Below are positions 60,285-64,000 of a DNA stretch of 64,000 bases, piece by piece. The notes beneath the pieces were generated by a model, which saw only the letters and a program-made list of their open reading frames with translations, was not told where the DNA came from and did no database searches. Source of the stretch: Bacteroidota bacterium (lineage in GTDB: Bacteria; Bacteroidota; Bacteroidia; UKL13-3); assembly GCA_947460345.1 (NCBI GenBank), contig CANHGM010000001.1, positions 42,518-106,517 of the forward strand, read 5' to 3'. A program made the position numbers and the translations under genes. Position 1 is the first letter of the stretch, and each line of letters begins with the position of its first letter.

Positions 60285-63200
60285 ATGAAGAAAATATACT
60301 TGATATTAATTGCACTTTTCACTACTCTTTTGAGCAGTAATTTAGCCCAGGCTTCGCACGTAATGGGGGCTGACTTTGAGTACCAATGTTTAGGTAAAGA
60401 CTCTTTTTACATAACAGTAAAAGTTTACAAAGACTGTAAAGGAGTAAACTTATCACCCATTGCTTTAACTATTACTCCGCTTTCAGCTGGATGTAGTTGG
60501 AGTACTTCAGCATCAATGACTCAAGTATCATGTGAAGATATTACACCTGTTTGTAAAAAATCTTGTTCTAAATGTGACAGACAGAATTGTAATGCATATG
60601 GGTATCCCAATGGAAGTAATGCTGGTTGTGCTTTTCAATATGGAATGGAAAAATTAACATTTAAATATTTGTTAGTTTTCCCTTCTAGTATCAATAGTAA
60701 ATGTTGTAAATTTAGAGCTAGTTATGAGCAATGTTGTAGAAATGGACAGATTACTACCTGTTGTGCAGGAGATAATTTCTTTTCATATGCAGAGTTTGAC
60801 CGTTGTGTAAAGCCTTGTAATTCTTCTCCAGTATTAGCTAATGACCCTGTTGCTATTCTTTGTGCTGGTAATTGTATTTGTTTGAATAATGGAGCACGTG
60901 ATACTGCTAACTTCGATTCTATATCATATAGTTTAAGTTCTGCATTAGCTGCATTTGGTACACCTACTACTTACAATTCTCCATATACAGCCGTTCCAGG
61001 AAAACCAGGGGTAAACTCTGGAGGGCCTTTACAATACAAAGGTTTCCCTAAATACAAACCTAACCCAGCCCAACAATGTAGTGGTTTTGTGTTAGACTCA
61101 GTTACTGGAGATTTATGTTTTACACCAACAATACAACAAGTAGGTGTAATAGCGATAGATATTATAGAGTGGCGACGAGACTCCATCACTGGTAAGATGG
61201 TAAAAATTGGGCTCACACGGCGTGATATGCAAATTATCATCATGGCCAATTGCACCAACAAACCACCTGTAATTAAAGGTCCATTCTCACAAATAGTTTG
61301 TGCAAACGATTTGGTTTGTTTTACTGATATGCAGATTACTGACCCTGATATGCTCAATGGTGCTCAAAAAGATTCAGTAAGGGTAAAATGGAACTTTGGT
61401 ATACCTAAAGCAACTTTCACTAAAAAATGGAATGGGAAGAATGAAGAATGGACACTTTGTTGGCAAACTACAAACAAAGACGCTCCTAACAATTCACCAA
61501 AAACTTACTTCTTTAATATCACAGCTTTTGATGATGCTTGCCCTATTCCAGGACAAACTTCAAGAAACTTTTCTATCACAGTAAAACCTTCACCTGAAGC
61601 CACTCGAAAATACACCGATTTGGGTTGTGGGTTGTTTAAACTAGAGTCAGCACCCAAAGAAACATATAAGAGTGCCATAACTTGGACATGGACTGTGCCC
61701 TACCCCGGTGGAACACAATACAATGTAAAAGACACTGTACATAAGTTTAGCTCTGGTGGAATGCAGTTTGTGAAGCACAAAATAGAAGTGAATGGGTGTT
61801 CGTCAGAAGAATTAGATACTATCATTGTTCCTCCTTTCCCTGAAGTCCATTTGCCAAATGATACGTTTATGTGTTATGGAGACTCTATGACTGTTACAGC
61901 CTATAGTGCTAATGCTAGACCTCCATATAAGTTTTATTTAAACAATGATACAGTTGGTTCGGCGGATAGTGTGTTCTTGATAAAATCATCAGTTGATACT
62001 ATTATAAAAATTAAAATAAAAGACAGCACAAATTGTATCTCCAATGATTCTATGATTATTTTGGTAAAATCTTTACCTAAAATAAATTTAGGACCAGACC
62101 AAAGGCGATGCACAGGAGATAGTATTTTGTTTGATGCAGGTACTAATGATTCAACCTTTAATGTGAGATCATATACTTGGATAGATTCAGCCTCTTTATC
62201 AATATTAGATACCAACCAATATCATATCGAGCATTTTGATCGAACTATGTATGTGAAGCTGGTCGATACTTTTAGTTGTGTGTATTCAGATACCGTGAAA
62301 TCTATATTTAACCCTAAGGTAGTGCTTACCAGTACAGATGTGGCTGCTTGCGAAAACGACTCAGTGAATATTGTATTAACAGGAGCTGATAGTATGGTGG
62401 TGATAGATATTGCATCTGGAGATACTATTTCATATCAAGATTCGTTTACTTATCTATTCAATAATTCTACAAAGCTTGCCGTGCATGGATTTACTACCAT
62501 TGGTGGCGTAACTTGTGACGACTGGGATACTGTGAATGTAACTATGAATTTCCCGGCTAAGGCTACTGTAAAAAGATTCCCTGTGAGAGAGCTTTGCCCA
62601 GATGATGGAATCGTGAATTTCTATTACACTGTTATTAGAGAAATAAAAACCAGCAATATAGTATCAGGTTCGGTTATATGGATGCATCAGACAGACTCCC
62701 TTGTGAGAGCAGCATTTGATACAGTAACAGGTAATTTAGATGTTGGCATCATGGGTGCAACATATACCAGTAGCCCTCCTAGTGCACCAAAATCAAGATA
62801 TATATTATTTAAAACTATTACCTCTTTTGGTTGTGAAGACATAGACTCTGTGCCTATTATGGTTCATCCAAAACCTAAATTGGTAATCCCTGCAAAAACT
62901 TTCTGTGAGAACAATTTACCATACAAACTAAACGGGCATGCAACACCTAATGCTGGAGTACAAAGCCCAGATGGTGAAACATGGAGTGGAACTGGCGTAT
63001 CATTACAAGGAACAGATTGGTATTTTAATCCTGATTCTAAAACAGGTGGAGCAGGTGTAGGAAGACATGTAATTACCTATATATATAAAGACAATCAAGG
63101 TTATGGTTGTTCTGATACTGATACCGTAAGTTTTGTAGTAAAACCAGTACCAGTTATCACTAAACAATATCCTTCGCATTTATGTAACGTTGATGGTATA

Positions 63201-64000
63201 CAAGACTTGTGGCAATTGACTAAAGCTACACCGCATGATGGCGTTTTCTCTGGAGTCGGAATTGCTCCTGGTGATTCAATGTTTGATCCAACTTTAGTAT
63301 TACCACTTTCTAATATAGGTGCAAGTCCAGTTACAGTTAAAGTAGTATTTTTTGTTGCTGGCAATGGTTGTCCTACTGTTGACACTATTCCTATCACAGT
63401 ATATCCAATACCAAGTATTTCGTTACCTCCGTCAAGAACTATCTGTTTAGACAGTGCAGCGTGGCCTGTACCAGGATTTGATTTACCACGTAGTTGGTGG
63501 GTGATAGATGGTGACTCAGCTAAATCTGCATCACAAGTATTTGACCCTATGGTTTGGGGAGTTGGTCAACATAATTTAGTATACTATTATACTGATGTGA
63601 TTTCTGGATGCAGCAACAAAGACTCTATGTCTATTACCGTTCAAGATACTCCTTGGGTGGCTATAGATCCTGCAATTCCTTTATGTGCAGGTGAACCCGT
63701 TCAGTTATCATGTAAAATGAAAAATGCAGGTGGTGTTAATTGGGTGAGTTCTACAGGTGGTTCGTTTTACTTAAGTGGAACCAACACCCCAGACAACACT
63801 ACGCTTACCCCTGTATATATACCAAATGCTACAGATATTGCACAAGGATTTTTCCAAATAACTGTGAATACTACTGGCAATGGACAATGTAACCCTGCAG
63901 TAGACACCATGACCTTCTTTATTAGACCGTTACCGGTGCCTTCATTTAATGGATTGCCTTTAGATGGTTGTTCACCACACCAAGCGTTCTTTAATGGTTT
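60285..64000 (+). CDS. large secreted protein with cysteine-rich N-terminal domain (paralog of 35065-37986); open to the window end (>1238 aa)
   Basis: Not in the ORF track because there is no stop in the window. Manual translation from ATG 60285 is open to 64000: MKKIYLILIALFTTLLSSNLAQASHVMGADFEYQCLGKDSFYITVKVYKDCKGV…CEDITPVCKKSCSKCDRQNCNAYGYPNGSNAGCAFQYGMEKLTFKYLLVFP…CCRNGQITTCCAG… The Cys pattern is co-linear with the 35065 gene. The minus-strand ORFs 60971-61357, 61934-62215 and 63101-63397 lie inside it and are spurious. Confidence 0.75.
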   Translation, partial: MKKIYLILIALFTTLLSSNLAQASHVMGADFEYQCLGKDSFYITVKVYKDCKGVNLSPIALTITPLSAGCSWSTSASMTQVSCEDITPVCKKSCSKCDRQNCNAYGYPNGSNAGCAFQYGMEKLTFKYLLVFPSSINSKCCKFRASYEQCCRNGQITTCCAGDNFFSYAEFDRCVKPCNSSPVLANDPVAILCAGNCICLNNGARDTANFDSISYSLSSALAAFGTPTTYNSPYTAVPGKPGVNSGGPLQYKGFPKYKPNPAQQCSGFVLDSVTGDLCFTPTIQQVGVIAIDIIEWRRDSITGKMVKIGLTRRDMQIIIMANCTNKPPVIKGPFSQIVCANDLVCFTDMQITDPDMLNGAQKDSVRVKWNFGIPKATFTKKWNGKNEEWTLCWQTTNKDAPNNSPKTYFFNITAFDDACPIPGQTSRNFSITVKPSPEATRKYTDLGCGLFKLESAPKETYKSAITWTWTVPYPGGTQYNVKDTVHKFSSGGMQFVKHKIEVNGCSSEELDTIIVPPFPEVHLPNDTFMCYGDSMTVTAYSANARPPYKFYLNNDTVGSADSVFLIKSSVDTIIKIKIKDSTNCISNDSMIILVKSLPKINLGPDQRRCTGDSILFDAGTNDSTFNVRSYTWIDSASLSILDTNQYHIEHFDRTMYVKLVDTFSCVYSDTVKSIFNPKVVLTSTDVAACENDSVNIVLTGADSMVVIDIASGDTISYQDSFTYLFNNSTKLAVHGFTTIGGVTCDDWDTVNVTMNFPAKATVKRFPVRELCPDDGIVNFYYTVIREIKTSNIVSGSVIWMHQTDSLVRAAFDTVTGNLDVGIMGATYTSSPPSAPKSRYILFKTITSFGCEDIDSVPIMVHPKPKLVIPAKTFCENNLPYKLNGHATPNAGVQSPDGETWSGTGVSLQGTDWYFNPDSKTGGAGVGRHVITYIYKDNQGYGCSDTDTVSFVVKPVPVITKQYPSHLCNVDGIQDLWQLTKATPHDGVFSGVGIAPGDSMFDPTLVLPLSNIGASPVTVKVVFFVAGNGCPTVDTIPITVYPIPSISLPPSRTICLDSAAWPVPGFDLPRSWWVIDGDSAKSASQVFDPMVWGVGQHNLVYYYTDVISGCSNKDSMSITVQDTPWVAIDPAIPLCAGEPVQLSCKMKNAGGVNWVSSTGGSFYLSGTNTPDNTTLTPVYIPNATDIAQGFFQITVNTTGNGQCNPAVDTMTFFIRPLPVPSFNGLPLDGCSPHQAFFNG

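Noticed and set aside
60971-63397. Minus-strand ORFs 60971-61357, 61934-62215, 63101-63397 and plus-strand 61396-61584
   Set aside because: They lie inside the long open plus-strand frame starting at 60285, which shows clear paralogy to 35065-37986.
1-64000. Mobile elements, integrases, toxin-antitoxin or restriction-modification/defence islands
   Set aside because: No transposase, integrase, recombinase, nuclease, methyltransferase (other than rsmG) or ATPase-nuclease pairings were found. Base composition and codon usage are uniform across the window.

Overview
This looks like a low-GC Bacteroidota (Flavobacteriia-like) chromosomal segment with dense coding on both strands, about 45 genes. 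Housekeeping genes are nuoD'-nuoC-nuoB-nuoA (window start), rpmE2, acs, pfkA, rsmG, phoH, fabF-acpP, tsaD, der, menF-like, kbl and tamB. They are interleaved with an unusually high density of cell-surface/T9SS cargo genes. The first is a 3334-aa signal-peptide + right-handed beta-helix + PKD + T9SS-CTD giant protein carrying a recent ~1.86 kb internal tandem duplication. Two further genes are large paralogous proteins sharing a cysteine-rich N-terminal domain, one of which runs off the window end. There is also a T9SS-tailed S8 subtilase, another CTD-bearing cysteine-rich protein, and a large DUF2723 membrane protein. Other notable points:
- A beta-propeller sensor kinase and a LuxR-type response regulator lie convergently, with overlapping stop codons.
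- A tightly packed, translationally coupled minus-strand gene string (rsmG, GT2, GGR-family flavoprotein, polytopic membrane protein, crotonase, Trx-like protein, DUF62 SAM hydrolase) looks like an uncharacterised lipid/isoprenoid-glycoconjugate pathway.
- A decayed TPR sensor-kinase pseudogene sits at 54.9-55.5 kb.
- Several strong rho-independent terminators and (TA)n microsatellites lie in promoter regions.
- I found no rRNA, tRNA, CRISPR or obvious mobile elements.
All functional calls are from reading the translated ORFs by eye for family motifs. No database searches were run.
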